From an uncultured bacterium (lineage in GTDB: Bacteria; Zixibacteria; MSB-5A5; CAIYYT01), in contig CAVSCK010000003.1 in NCBI GenBank assembly GCA_963726455.1, forward strand, positions 109,118-173,117: a DNA stretch of 64,000 nucleotides, in the 5' to 3' direction. This document shows positions 20,801 to 31,366 of this stretch, piece by piece; the stretch's first letter is position 1, and each line of letters begins with the position of its first letter. The notes beneath the pieces were generated by a model. The model worked only from the letters and a program-made list of their open reading frames with translations, had not been told where the DNA came from and searched no databases. Made by a program: the position numbers and the translations under genes.

Positions 20801-22170
20801 GCGGCCGCCTCCGTGAGAATGCGGACGATCTGATCATCCTGGCTATCTGCAACGGTGCGCAGGTCGATGTGGAATTTGTCCTGGTCGATGTAACCGATTA
20901 GCGGCGGGATTGAATTAAGCATGCGTTCCGCAAACGCGCCGGCCTTTTCGTGTGGAGTAATAACGAGTGCGATTGAGTCAAGCGTACCGCCAGGCAGGGA
21001 ACCGCCGCCGGGTGTTGCCTTGGAATCGCGAATTTTCACTTCTAAACGCGTTGCAGCCAAAGCGCTCTTGATCTTCTCGGCGCGTTGTCGTAATTCGGCG
21101 ACAGGAGTTGTGATGGACTGCCACAACGGAAGTGATGTAGAATCCTGTTTCTTTAGATAGGCAAACGCGGTCTCCTCCAACATCGCAATCGAGATTTTGT
21201 CGAGTCGAAGAACGCGATAGATCGGGTTCTTATGCAGCGAGTCGAGAAGCGCGGAACTTCCAAGGACAATGCCCGCCTGCACGCTGCCGAGTAATTTGTC
21301 GCCGGAGAAACAGGTGAGGGAAGCGCCGGAGCGAATTGCGGATGTGATATTCGGTTCCGTTTCCATGCCGAAGTTTTCTGTTTGATGATATGCGCCGGAA
21401 CCGAGATCGTAGACTGAGATTAGCTTGTGTTTAGCGGCGATGGCAGCGATGTCAACAGGAGAGACTTCAGCGACAAATCCCTGCATCTTGAAATTCGAAA
21501 GATGGACTTTCAGAAGTACAGCCGTCTTGTCCGTTATGGCTTCCTCGTAGTCTTTTCCGGTAGTTTTGTTCGTGGTACCGACTTCGACCAACCTGGCCCC
21601 TGCCCTGCGGATGATGTCGGGAATGCGAAATCCACCACCGATCTGGACAGATTCACCGCGCGAGATTATGACTTCCTTGCGATTGGCGAATGTGTTCAGG
21701 ATATGGAATAATGCAGCAGCATTGTTGTTGACCGCCAGTGCCGCTTCGGCCTCAGTCATTTGCGCAAGTAAGTACGAAAGGAATGAACCGCGCCGGCCAC
21801 GTTTGCCGGTATTGAGGTCAAACTCCAGCGTGCAATAGCCGGTGATGCGATCTGCTACTTTGGCGAATAGCTCCGGACTAAGCGGAGCGCGGCCAAGATT
21901 CGTGTGAATTAGTACGCCGGTACCGTTGATGACCTGCGTGATGCGGCTGCGTGAGAGAAGATGCAGTCGCTCGACGATCAACCTATCGATCTTTTCCTGA
22001 TTCGGCGCCCTTCCTGAGGATTGAGCGCCTTCGCGGACAGTCTGCAGAACTTCACGAATGACATTGGTCACCAGTACGCGCGAGAGCTCCTCAATCTGCC
22101 GGTCAAAACGACCGGAACTGAGAAGCTGCTCTACCGAGGGAATTGATCTGAATGAATCGGATGAAGTCAT
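20788..22170 (-). CDS. selA: L-seryl-tRNA(Sec) selenium transferase SelA
   Basis: A 460-aa PLP-dependent protein with a SelA-like pattern (NGTGVLIHTNLGRAPL...K-containing PLP site). Gene context supports the call. Confidence 0.85.
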   Translation of the reverse strand: MTSSDSFRSIPSVEQLLSSGRFDRQIEELSRVLVTNVIREVLQTVREGAQSSGRAPNQEKIDRLIVERLHLLSRSRITQVINGTGVLIHTNLGRAPLSPELFAKVADRITGYCTLEFDLNTGKRGRRGSFLSYLLAQMTEAEAALAVNNNAAALFHILNTFANRKEVIISRGESVQIGGGFRIPDIIRRAGARLVEVGTTNKTTGKDYEEAITDKTAVLLKVHLSNFKMQGFVAEVSPVDIAAIAAKHKLISVYDLGSGAYHQTENFGMETEPNITSAIRSGASLTCFSGDKLLGSVQAGIVLGSSALLDSLHKNPIYRVLRLDKISIAMLEETAFAYLKKQDSTSLPLWQSITTPVAELRQRAEKIKSALAATRLEVKIRDSKATPGGGSLPGGTLDSIALVITPHEKAGAFAERMLNSIPPLIGYIDQDKFHIDLRTVADSQDDQIVRILTEAAACIP

Positions 22171-22183
22171 AATGTCTCAAATT

Positions 22184-22277
22184 TGGCGGAAGGGGTAGGA
22201 GTCGAACCCACCGCGGATGTCACCCACCCGCCAACGGATTTGAAGTCCGCGAGAGCCACCGGGCCCCATCCTCTTCC
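22184..22277 (-). tRNA. selC: tRNA-Sec (anticodon UCA), 94 nt, with a long variable arm
   Basis: The reverse complement reads GGAAGAGGAUGGGGCCCGGUGGCUCUCGCGGACUUCAAAUCCGUUGGCGGGUGGGUGACAUCCGCGGUGGGUUCGACUCCUACCCCUUCCGCCA. It has a CUUCAAA anticodon loop, a 7-bp variable stem, a UUCGACU T-loop and a 3' CCA. One A-C mismatch lies in the acceptor stem. Confidence 0.85.
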
Positions 22278-22369
22278 GAATGCTGACACTTTCTTTTCGT
22301 TAACAAGACACTCACCGCAACCTGGACTGCGAAAGTGGATCGACTTATGCGCGGAAACTGATCCGATAT

Positions 22370-23086
22370 TTATATCGAGACACCGCCAAGTTTGAACGGG
22401 TCGTCGACAGGAATCAGTTCTTTCTGGACAAAGCCCTCGGCATAACCGACGCGAATGCGAATTCCGAGGTCGCGGTCCTTGACGCGCATGTATTCGAAAA
22501 TATCCACGCCGGGAATAAATACCTTGTTGGCGCTGTCGTCAACGTTGAACTGCGAGCGATAGCACTTGACGGCCTCGATCTTGCGCTCAAACTGCGCCGT
22601 GATATCGACCGCAAAGGAGGGCTCAAACCCGCGATAATAAGAAGCATAAATGATCTTGCGCGGCCGGTGTGGTTCGCCCGACAGCTCCGCTTTTTTGAGG
22701 CCGGCGAAATAACAGGCGTCAAAACCAAGTTGCGAGCTGATACGGTGATCCGGGTGGCGTTGCTCCCAGTGAGGAATGATGACAAGTTGAGGGTGATAAT
22801 CGCGAATCTTCTGCGCCAGCAAAGAACGTGATGGAAGGTCATTTTGAAGGTGAGCATCCGGCAGATGCAGATTATCTCGGAGCGTTACTCCCAGGACCCG
22901 CGCCGCGGCTTCGGCCTCGGCAGCCCGCGTCTGCGCGTCGCCTTTGGTGCCCATTTCGCCCTCGGTGAGATCAAGCATGGCCACTGAGTAACCGGTGTCG
23001 ACCAGCTTTGCGATCAGGCCCCCGCAAGTGATTTCCGAATCGTCGCGATGTGCGGCAATCACCAGACAATCAACCGCCATTGGCAT
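22370..23086 (-). CDS. bshB: PIG-L/LmbE-family deacetylase, BshB-like (bacillithiol biosynthesis)
   Basis: AHRDDSEITCGGLIAK plus the HPDH motif (IIPHWEQRHPDHRI). Adjacent to bshA and bshC. Confidence 0.75.
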   Translation of the reverse strand: MPMAVDCLVIAAHRDDSEITCGGLIAKLVDTGYSVAMLDLTEGEMGTKGDAQTRAAEAEAAARVLGVTLRDNLHLPDAHLQNDLPSRSLLAQKIRDYHPQLVIIPHWEQRHPDHRISSQLGFDACYFAGLKKAELSGEPHRPRKIIYASYYRGFEPSFAVDITAQFERKIEAVKCYRSQFNVDDSANKVFIPGVDIFEYMRVKDRDLGIRIRVGYAEGFVQKELIPVDDPFKLGGVSI

Positions 23087-24212
23087 TTCCCTTCTGAGCT
23101 ATTATGGACAAGTAGAAATCTTCATATTGTTTTACGAGCCGATCCGCGCCGAATCTGTTGACGGCAGTATCACGCGCGGCGATTTTCATTTGAGAAAGTT
23201 TGGCTTCATCCGAGAGCAATTCAGCGGCCGCCTTCCCCATCGAACCGGTGTCTCCTACCTCAAACAGGTAACCGTCGTGACCATGGGTTATCACTTCCGG
23301 CAGTCCTCCCGTACGGCTGGCAATTACCGGCACAGCGCAGGACATGGCCTCCAACGCCGCCAGACCGAAGGACTCAGTTTCGGACGGCAGCAGGAACAAG
23401 TCTGCGGCGGGAAGAATCGATTCCACCGAATCCTGACTGCCGAGGAAAATGACGTCGTCGTCAATGCCATGTTTCCGGGCGATGTACTCGGCGAGCGGCA
23501 AATCGGGACCGTCACCGATCAGAACCAACTTGGATTTGACCTGCTCATGTATCAAGCGGAACACTTCCACGACATCAGCAATACGTTTGACAGGGCGAAA
23601 ATTCGACAAGTGCATGACAATCTTGTGATCGTCTTGAGTAAAGGGCGTTCGGGTACAACGGTCGGAACTAGGCCTGAATACTTCAGTGTTGACGAAATTG
23701 TGAATCACCTCAATTGGCTTATCGATGCCGAAAACCTCGACGGTTTGCTTGCGAATGGCATCCGAAACTGCCGTCAGGCCGTCCGATTCAGCCAGCGAGA
23801 ACTTGGTGATTTCAAAAAATGATCGTTCCGTACCGACCAGAGTAACGTCGGTGCCATGCAGTGTAGTGATGACTTTGATGCGGCAATCTTTGGCAATCTG
23901 TTTTGCCAGAAAAGCTGCCGGAGCATGAGGGATGGCATAATGGACGTGTAACAGATCGAGCTTCCAGCGGCAGACAACGTCCGCCATCTTTGCAGCCAAG
24001 GACAGCGTATAAGGCGGATACTTGAAAAGCGGATAACTGGAAATCTCAACCTCGTGGAAGAATACGTTTTCGCGGAATCGATCCAGGCGATATGGAAGTG
24101 CGTACGAAATAAAGTGCACCTGGTGTCCGCGCGCAGCGAGCGCCATGCCCAATTCGGTGGCAACAATGCCGGAGCCACCAATGACAGGGTAACAGGTAAT
24201 TCCGATTCTCAT
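23070..24212 (-). CDS. bshA: GT4 glycosyltransferase BshA (N-acetyl-alpha-D-glucosaminyl L-malate synthase)
   Basis: [35 protein letters not shown] matches the BshA N-terminus closely, with a GT4 C-terminal domain. Confidence 0.8.
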   Translation of the reverse strand: MRIGITCYPVIGGSGIVATELGMALAARGHQVHFISYALPYRLDRFRENVFFHEVEISSYPLFKYPPYTLSLAAKMADVVCRWKLDLLHVHYAIPHAPAAFLAKQIAKDCRIKVITTLHGTDVTLVGTERSFFEITKFSLAESDGLTAVSDAIRKQTVEVFGIDKPIEVIHNFVNTEVFRPSSDRCTRTPFTQDDHKIVMHLSNFRPVKRIADVVEVFRLIHEQVKSKLVLIGDGPDLPLAEYIARKHGIDDDVIFLGSQDSVESILPAADLFLLPSETESFGLAALEAMSCAVPVIASRTGGLPEVITHGHDGYLFEVGDTGSMGKAAAELLSDEAKLSQMKIAARDTAVNRFGADRLVKQYEDFYLSIIAQKGNANGG

Positions 24213-25846
24213 TCGGCGCCGCCTTCCGGTTGATCCAGGTAGATCAAATGATGTACGTCAGTCTTGCAGTCAATTGAATCATAAAGTCGATCAACGATCC
24301 ACATGCCGTACTTCGCAAGATAGTAGTTGAGAGGGAAGACACGCTCCTGTAATTGGCGTGTCGGATATAGATGAAAAGCCACGCGCTCCAACTGGCCGCG
24401 GATGGTCTGGTTCTTTTTGCGGTGTGCCTGAAATACTTTATCCTCCAAGGATTTGATTTCGATGTCGATGCGGCCGTTTACGCGTTTGAAATTCGTAAGC
24501 AGCCCCTGATCAGTCTGATCGAGTGAGCTTCCAATTGTATCCATGTGCTTCTTGACGCCTTCACGCAGATCGGCAAACAGGCGGTCGAAATCGCCGGTGA
24601 AAGTGCGTCTCATTACCTCGTTCACAAGATTGCCGGCATCGCCCAGAAAATCCTCAAAGCCGAAAGCATATTTATCCATCAGTCGAGAAATGTTACGTTC
24701 AATTATCGTCGCCGAATAGCGCGGATAGATGACCGGAGGAATTTCGTCAAACAGGCCAAAAAGCTCGCGCATCTGGGCAAAGTACGCGGCTTCCGCGGGT
24801 CCGGCGAAATAGATCAGAGTCGGAAATATGTGACTCTGCACCACCGGACGCAGGAAGACGTTGGGCGCGAACAGAGATGGCGACCGTTCGACGTCGTCAA
24901 GTAATGCCTGTTGACTAAGGTATTTTCCCTCAACGGAAAACCCACCGTTGGCATAGTCGATATGTGTACGCTTGCCGTCGCAAAAGAACAGGTTGGAATA
25001 TCCAGACGGTTTGGCGACCTGCAAGTGATAGCTGCTTGCTTCCAGTGATGAATTTGCTCTGCCGATGGCGCGCTCGGATTCTTCGCGCAGCTGCAACTCC
25101 TTTCTGAATACAGGCAGAGATAGACGCCGCAGTTCGTCGTCACTCGGATCGACCAGAATCAGGCCTTTGTCTTTGAACAGGTGGCACATGTACTTGCCGA
25201 AGGCCGCAACAATAAATTCACCGGGGCGATAGAATTCGCGTAGATGCGCCATCAGTTCTCCACGAAACTCGGTCTCGGGAAGTGCCTGTTCGTATTCGGC
25301 GAGGAGTTGCAGGACGCCGTCGTCCAGCACGACCGATCCCATCGGCTGGCCGTCATGCGGATTGCGTGGGCGATAGGTAAGTTTAGCCAGTTTTTCGTCG
25401 CGGCCGGGAACAACAACAGTCGCAACCTCGGCGAAATCGGCATCGTCAGCGGCGAGCCAGAATATGGGGACTACCGGAGTTTGCAGTTTGCGACAATTGC
25501 TTTCGGCAAGTTTGACCGCCAGAGCGGCTTTATAGAAGACGTATAGCGGTCCGCCGAAGATCGTCACCTGCTGACCAGTGAAAACGGCGGTGGCCCGCGG
25601 ATCGAGGAGTTTCTGAATGTTCTCAAAGGTCTTAGCGCTCGCGCCATACTGTTGGTTTTGGCGCGTGAGAACAGCGACGATCTTGTCGCGATCAAACGAA
25701 CGTCGGCTCAGCTTCTGCTGAACCGACGCGAATGATTCCTGATTTGTGAAAGGAAACGGATAGAAGTCGTCCGCCTGCCCCGACAGATAGTCCAGGAGTA
25801 ACTTCTTGCTACCTGGAACCCTGTCAAACGGTATTGTTTTCTGCAA
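24209..25846 (-). CDS. bshC: Bacillithiol biosynthesis cysteine-adding enzyme BshC
   Basis: A 545-aa protein. The segment FTGQQVTIFGGPLYVFYKAALAVKLAE...PVVPIFWLAADDADFAEV matches BshC (the YllA family). Confidence 0.8.
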   Translation of the reverse strand: MQKTIPFDRVPGSKKLLLDYLSGQADDFYPFPFTNQESFASVQQKLSRRSFDRDKIVAVLTRQNQQYGASAKTFENIQKLLDPRATAVFTGQQVTIFGGPLYVFYKAALAVKLAESNCRKLQTPVVPIFWLAADDADFAEVATVVVPGRDEKLAKLTYRPRNPHDGQPMGSVVLDDGVLQLLAEYEQALPETEFRGELMAHLREFYRPGEFIVAAFGKYMCHLFKDKGLILVDPSDDELRRLSLPVFRKELQLREESERAIGRANSSLEASSYHLQVAKPSGYSNLFFCDGKRTHIDYANGGFSVEGKYLSQQALLDDVERSPSLFAPNVFLRPVVQSHIFPTLIYFAGPAEAAYFAQMRELFGLFDEIPPVIYPRYSATIIERNISRLMDKYAFGFEDFLGDAGNLVNEVMRRTFTGDFDRLFADLREGVKKHMDTIGSSLDQTDQGLLTNFKRVNGRIDIEIKSLEDKVFQAHRKKNQTIRGQLERVAFHLYPTRQLQERVFPLNYYLAKYGMWIVDRLYDSIDCKTDVHHLIYLDQPEGGAE

Positions 25847-28800
25847 CGGCCTTCCTATTCTTGCCGAATATCTTCTTCACGACATCGTCCAGCAAGGTAT
25901 ATACGACTGGTACGACCAGCAAAGTCAGCGCGGTTGAAGTCGTCAAACCGCCGATGACGGCGCGGGCGATACCGGCGCGTAATTCGGCGCCGGGACCAAG
26001 GCCGAGTGCCAACGGCAACATACCGAAGATCATCGCGAACGTCGTCATCAAGATTGGCCGGAGACGAATTGATCCCGCGCGCACCAGAGCATCCATACGG
26101 CTGCTGCCGCGCCTCATATCCTGTTTGGCGAAATCGACCAACAGAATTGCGTTCTTGGTCACCAGACCCATCAACATCACGATACCGATCATCGACATGA
26201 TTGAGAGCGAACTGCGGAATATCAACAGGCCGAGGAATGCTCCCACCAGAGACATCGGCAACGACAACATGATGGCGAACGGATCGGTGAAACTCTCGAA
26301 CTGCGAAGCCAGCACAAGGTAGATCAAGATGATCGAGAGCAGCAGTGCCTGCAAGATATATCCAAACGACTCGGCCTGCATTTCGGCCTCGCCGGACGCA
26401 TAGATTCGATATCCCGGAGGCGTCGGAATCTTCACGGCTTTCGCAAAAGCGTCGGCGCGCACATCACCGGCAAATCTTCCGGCATTGTTGGCCGTAACTT
26501 TCACGGTCTGTTGGCGATCATACCGATCAATTTCAGACACGGCACTCGCATCCACGATCGAAGCCACGTAACTCAGCGGGACCTGGTTGCCATGTGCGCC
26601 ATTGATCTCTTTCGAGGACGGAACGAGAATCCGCGACAAGTCGGACAAGTTCTTTCTGTCTGACTCCTGCAAACGGACTCTTACGTCGGCCTCGTGCTCA
26701 CCTTCGCGATACTTAATGGGCACTACCCCGTAGACAAGGTAGCGCACGGCCATGGAGGTTTGGGCGACATTGAGACCAAGGTCAGCAATTCTTTCCCGGT
26801 CGAGATTCAACCTGAGTTCGGGCTTGCCCTCACCCAGTGAATTGTCGACCTCCACGGCTCCCTTGGTAGCACGGACAGAATCTTCGACAAGCGCCGCGAT
26901 GGCTCTCAGCTTGTCCGGGTTTTCGCCCGAGATCGAGATTTCAACCGGCATGCCACCGCCACCACCCTGCGACTGTTCTCCTGTGAAGGCAATCTTCAGG
27001 CCGGCGTACGAAGCCACTTCCGAACGGATCTGAGTCATCAACTGATTCGCGGTTAGCTTACGTTCTGCCAGATCAATCATCCTGACGTGCATATAGCCCC
27101 AATTATTAGGATCACTGCCGGAGCCGATGGCCGTGAATATTGAGGACACTTCCTTATGTGAGGCGGCGATATCTTCGATACCCTTGCTCAACCGCGCGGT
27201 TTCCTCAAGTGTAGTTCCCGGTGAGGCCTTGAAATTGATGAAGAATTCACCGCGGTCGTAGTCGGGGAGGAATTCGGTTCCAATCAGACTAACTAACGGG
27301 AAACTACCGATGAAAATGAGCACTGCGACAACCATGACCAGCAACCGATGGTTGAGAGCATAATGAATGGTCTTCTGATAAAGGACGTTCAGGCGATCAA
27401 ACAAATCATTCCATAAGTTGGTTACCTTGTAGATCGGATTCCTGGTGCCTTTGTGGTGAGCATGTTCTTCCTTTAAAAAACGCGATGACAGCATCGGTGT
27501 GAGTGTGAACGCCACGAACAGAGAGACTAACACAGCGGCGGCAACAGTCATACCAAAGGAGAAGAAGAACTTTCCGACGATGCCCTTCATGAAGGCAACC
27601 GGAACGAAAACGACGACGATTGTAAAGGTGGTCGCCATCACGGCCAGGGCAATCTCGGAGGTACCATCATAGGCCGCAACATTACGAGCTTTGCCTAAGC
27701 CGAAGTTGCGGAAGATATTCTCGATCACCACAATGGCGTCATCGATCAGCAAACCTACAGCCAGCGACAGTCCCAACAGAGTCATGAAATTGAGCGTGAA
27801 GCCCAGGAAACGCATGAAGATGAAGGTAGCAATGATTGATGTTGGAATCGCCAGAGCGGATATAATAGTCGGCCTGATGTCGGCCAAAAACAGGAAGATG
27901 ACCAGCACTGCCAGAATACTACCATAAATGATATTGACCATGACATCGTGAACGGCGTCGACCGTGAACACGGAGTTGTCGGCGGCAATAATAATCTTCA
28001 CGCCGGGAGGCAAGACCTTCCCAACATCATTGACCACGGCCTTGACTGCATTGGCGACATCCACCGTGTTCGCACCAGATTGCTTGACGATATTGAGTGC
28101 AACCGCCCGCTGGCCGTTCAGTCGGGAAAATGACTCGAGATCTTTGGTCGAGTCTCTGACTGTAGCAATGTCCTGCAGGCGGACATTCTTTCCATTTTCG
28201 TTCTTAACGATCAGGTTGCGGATATCGTCGAGCGAAGTAATTTTACCCATCGTTCTGACGGTGAAGTCGCGACCCTGACTCTTGAGGGTGCCGCCCGGAA
28301 GCTCCAGACTTGCAGACGCCAGAAGGTTCTGAATATCGAAGATGGAAAGATTGAGAGCTTCGAGACTCGTCTGGTTAAGTTCGACCTGAATTTCCCGTTC
28401 ATCACCACCCACCAGTTCAACGTTTCCGACACCCTGAATGGACTCCAGCCGCTTCTTAACGGTTTCCTTGGCAATGATCGTCAACTCGCGCGTAGACTTG
28501 TCCCCGGCGATTGCCAGCGACAGGATCGGAGTCGACTGAGGATCGAACTTCTGGATTACGAGATCTTGAATGCCCTCGGGCAGATCCTGTTGGACGCCGG
28601 CAACTTTTTCTCGCACGTCCTGAGCAGCGAAGTCTTCATTAACTTCGAGGTTGAATTCGATGAAGGTGGTAGCGTACCCCTCCAGACACTGTGACGTAAT
28701 ATGCCGCACGCCGCTGATGGTACTGACGGCATCTTCTACCTTGGTGACGACCTCGGTTTCCATGTTCTCCGGGGAGGCGCCGGGGTAAATGACCTGAATC

Positions 28801-28937
28801 ACGACAAACGGAAAGTCAACGTTCGGGAAAAGCTCTACGCTCAAGTCGCGATACGCGAAAGCGCCCAGCACGAGCAGGGCGAGAATCATCATGGTCGCGA
28901 AGACCGGCCGGTTGATGGATACTTTGGATAATATCAT
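25824..28937 (-). CDS. RND efflux transporter, inner-membrane pump (AcrB/CzcA superfamily)
   Basis: A 1037-aa protein with a 12-TM topology, two large periplasmic loops, and N-terminal MILSKVSINRPVFATMMILALLVLG. Confidence 0.9.
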   Translation of the reverse strand: MILSKVSINRPVFATMMILALLVLGAFAYRDLSVELFPNVDFPFVVIQVIYPGASPENMETEVVTKVEDAVSTISGVRHITSQCLEGYATTFIEFNLEVNEDFAAQDVREKVAGVQQDLPEGIQDLVIQKFDPQSTPILSLAIAGDKSTRELTIIAKETVKKRLESIQGVGNVELVGGDEREIQVELNQTSLEALNLSIFDIQNLLASASLELPGGTLKSQGRDFTVRTMGKITSLDDIRNLIVKNENGKNVRLQDIATVRDSTKDLESFSRLNGQRAVALNIVKQSGANTVDVANAVKAVVNDVGKVLPPGVKIIIAADNSVFTVDAVHDVMVNIIYGSILAVLVIFLFLADIRPTIISALAIPTSIIATFIFMRFLGFTLNFMTLLGLSLAVGLLIDDAIVVIENIFRNFGLGKARNVAAYDGTSEIALAVMATTFTIVVVFVPVAFMKGIVGKFFFSFGMTVAAAVLVSLFVAFTLTPMLSSRFLKEEHAHHKGTRNPIYKVTNLWNDLFDRLNVLYQKTIHYALNHRLLVMVVAVLIFIGSFPLVSLIGTEFLPDYDRGEFFINFKASPGTTLEETARLSKGIEDIAASHKEVSSIFTAIGSGSDPNNWGYMHVRMIDLAERKLTANQLMTQIRSEVASYAGLKIAFTGEQSQGGGGGMPVEISISGENPDKLRAIAALVEDSVRATKGAVEVDNSLGEGKPELRLNLDRERIADLGLNVAQTSMAVRYLVYGVVPIKYREGEHEADVRVRLQESDRKNLSDLSRILVPSSKEINGAHGNQVPLSYVASIVDASAVSEIDRYDRQQTVKVTANNAGRFAGDVRADAFAKAVKIPTPPGYRIYASGEAEMQAESFGYILQALLLSIILIYLVLASQFESFTDPFAIMLSLPMSLVGAFLGLLIFRSSLSIMSMIGIVMLMGLVTKNAILLVDFAKQDMRRGSSRMDALVRAGSIRLRPILMTTFAMIFGMLPLALGLGPGAELRAGIARAVIGGLTTSTALTLLVVPVVYTLLDDVVKKIFGKNRKAVAENNTV

Positions 28938-28939
28938 AG

Positions 28940-29965
28940 TTACTTCGCCGACCTGACAATGGGATATCCGTCAGACAGGAATCCTTGTCCCACAACAACC
29001 ACTTCATCACCACTTTTGAGCCCGGACGCGATTTCGGCATCGATTCCGTTGTTTATCCCTACAATGACGGTACGAGAATACGCTGTGTCACTCCGAACGA
29101 CATACAAGGACATTACGCCTTCATTGGATAGCAGCGCCGCCTGAGGCACCGCCAGCACATTGTTCTTGCTTTGTACAACAAAGGTGGCTTTGGCGAACGT
29201 TCCCGCCTGCAGGCGACGATCCGTATTGGGCACCGTGGCCTCGATACTAAACGTCCGCGTCTGCGGCTCAGCGGCATCCGAAACTTTGGTGATGGTGCAG
29301 GTATAGACGCTGTCGTCGCCACTGACATGAACAGTGCCGGTCATGCCCTTTGCAAATCTATCTACGAGGTCAGTCGACACGCCGAAGGACATTCTGAGCT
29401 GATCGGTACGGGCAACACGCGCAGCCAACAAACCCATTTTGGGAATGTCGCCGACTTTCACGTCAAGTTCAACGAGAGTGCCGGTTATGGGCGAAGTGAC
29501 ACTAACCAACTCCTGGGCGGATTCGAAGTTCGCTTTGGCGACCTGAGTTCCGGCCTTGGCTTCATCAAAAGCCGATTCGCTGATGGCTTTCTGCTCGAAC
29601 AAGTATTGCATCTTCTTGTAGTTCTTGTCAGCATTATCATACATCGCCTTGGCCTGATAGTATTGCGATGACGCCCCTCCCTTATCCAGTTCGATCAGTA
29701 CCTGTCCCTTTTCGACGTGTTCCCCGACTCTGAACGGCAGCGCGACCACGGCTTCGGAAAGGCGAATGTAGAGGTCTGCCTGCTCGATGCCTTCGAGTCC
29801 TCCGGAGTACTCACGCGTAACGTCGATCGTTCCGGGTGAGACGCTCATGGTCTTGACCGGGATGATCGGCAATGGTGTCGTGGTATTGGCGTCATCTTTG
29901 GCGCAGGAAAGTGGCAAGAAGGCCACCGTCGCGACGAGAAATGCATATATGATCTTTCGAGACAT
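28940..29965 (-). CDS. RND efflux periplasmic adaptor (membrane fusion protein)
   Basis: A lipoprotein signal followed by the coiled-coil / beta-barrel pattern of the HlyD/AcrA family. Operonic with the RND pump. Confidence 0.85.
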   Translation of the reverse strand: MSRKIIYAFLVATVAFLPLSCAKDDANTTTPLPIIPVKTMSVSPGTIDVTREYSGGLEGIEQADLYIRLSEAVVALPFRVGEHVEKGQVLIELDKGGASSQYYQAKAMYDNADKNYKKMQYLFEQKAISESAFDEAKAGTQVAKANFESAQELVSVTSPITGTLVELDVKVGDIPKMGLLAARVARTDQLRMSFGVSTDLVDRFAKGMTGTVHVSGDDSVYTCTITKVSDAAEPQTRTFSIEATVPNTDRRLQAGTFAKATFVVQSKNNVLAVPQAALLSNEGVMSLYVVRSDTAYSRTVIVGINNGIDAEIASGLKSGDEVVVVGQGFLSDGYPIVRSAK

Positions 29966-31366
29966 CTATCGCTCCTTTAATTCCTCGATATTGTTTACAC
30001 CGGTAACGCGCAAGAGATTGAAGACCGCATCGGCAGCATCGTGTGTTGCCTGAACGTAATTCGTTTTGGCCTGTGTCAGCGCGGCTTCAGCGGAGAGTAT
30101 TTCCAACTGCGTGCCCACGCCATTTTGATATCGTAATTGCGCTATCTTCAGCCCGTCTTGCGCCTGCTCGATGGTCTTTTGTCCTGCCTTCAGACGCCCG
30201 CCCGTTTCCTGGTAGGTGAAAAAGGCCTGTCTGACGTCGAGTGCGACTTGTTCTCTGAATTGGTCGTAGGAAAGCTCAGCACTGCTGGCATCAACCTGCG
30301 CCTGCCTGATGGCGGCGGTTGTGGTAAATCCGTCGAAGATCGGGATACTGAAATTCAACGTTGCCGTCCAACTGGGCGTCCAGTCACGGCCGTTAGTCAG
30401 CCGGAAGCCAGAATCATTTCCCTGCAACTGCCAGCCATATTGCGACTGGAGAATCAGATTGAAACTTCTGCCGGATTTGGCAATCCCGATGGCACGGCGG
30501 GTTATTTCCTTGAAATGCTCCTGCTGCTGCAGCGCCGGGCGATGATCGGTGGCCAGCTTTTGCAGGTAGTCAATGTTCAGTGGCGATCCGACGACGGTAG
30601 AATCAAATGCATATTGCAGACTGAGTGAATCAGCCAATTTGACACCGATCAAATTCTTGAGAGCGTCCAGAGAAGTTGCCGCACGATTTTGAGATTGAGT
30701 CAATTGCGGCCTGAGGTTTGCGACTTCTACCTGAGCTCGCAACAATTCGTATTCGGAGACGACTCCTTGCGAATACATCTTATTGACCATGTCCAGGTTC
30801 AGTTCGGCGGCCGCCAGCGCGTCCTGGAAGACTTTAACAAAATCGTGAGCCAGAATGGCTCCGAGGAAGGCGCTACGGACTCCATAGGTTACCTGCGACT
30901 GCGTTTCATTAACCATGTCTTCGGTGTAGGACCTGTATATCTTCGCGATTTTCAGCGCCGTAAAGACTTTTCCGCCCAGCCAGATCGGCTGCGTAAACGT
31001 GAGTCCCACATTCAATTGATTGTCGGTTCCGAATTGGTAGGACTGGCCGGCGATCGTGAAGGTCGGGATTTTGAGGTTGCGAGTGTACGAAGATCCAAAA
31101 CCAAGCGACGGCAATGCTCCTGCCGTAGCCGATTGTATCTGCGCGTCGGCTCTGGTCAACTGCTCACGGGCTATCAGATAGGTCTGGTTGTTCTTGAGGG
31201 CCAGAGCGACGGCATTATCGATTGTCAGATCCTCTGCGGCAGCTCGCGGTGTACTGAAAGAGAGAATCAATAGGACAGCACCGAGCAAGAGCCGGCGCAA
31301 CACTCGAAAAGGTGCGGCCGAACTCCGGCGCACCCGATGAAAAATCATTATATCGGGGTTTATCAC
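29966..31366 (-). CDS. TolC-like outer membrane efflux protein
   Basis: Two repeated helical/beta units, typical of OEP/TolC. Operon position supports the call. Confidence 0.85.
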   Translation of the reverse strand: MINPDIMIFHRVRRSSAAPFRVLRRLLLGAVLLILSFSTPRAAAEDLTIDNAVALALKNNQTYLIAREQLTRADAQIQSATAGALPSLGFGSSYTRNLKIPTFTIAGQSYQFGTDNQLNVGLTFTQPIWLGGKVFTALKIAKIYRSYTEDMVNETQSQVTYGVRSAFLGAILAHDFVKVFQDALAAAELNLDMVNKMYSQGVVSEYELLRAQVEVANLRPQLTQSQNRAATSLDALKNLIGVKLADSLSLQYAFDSTVVGSPLNIDYLQKLATDHRPALQQQEHFKEITRRAIGIAKSGRSFNLILQSQYGWQLQGNDSGFRLTNGRDWTPSWTATLNFSIPIFDGFTTTAAIRQAQVDASSAELSYDQFREQVALDVRQAFFTYQETGGRLKAGQKTIEQAQDGLKIAQLRYQNGVGTQLEILSAEAALTQAKTNYVQATHDAADAVFNLLRVTGVNNIEELKER

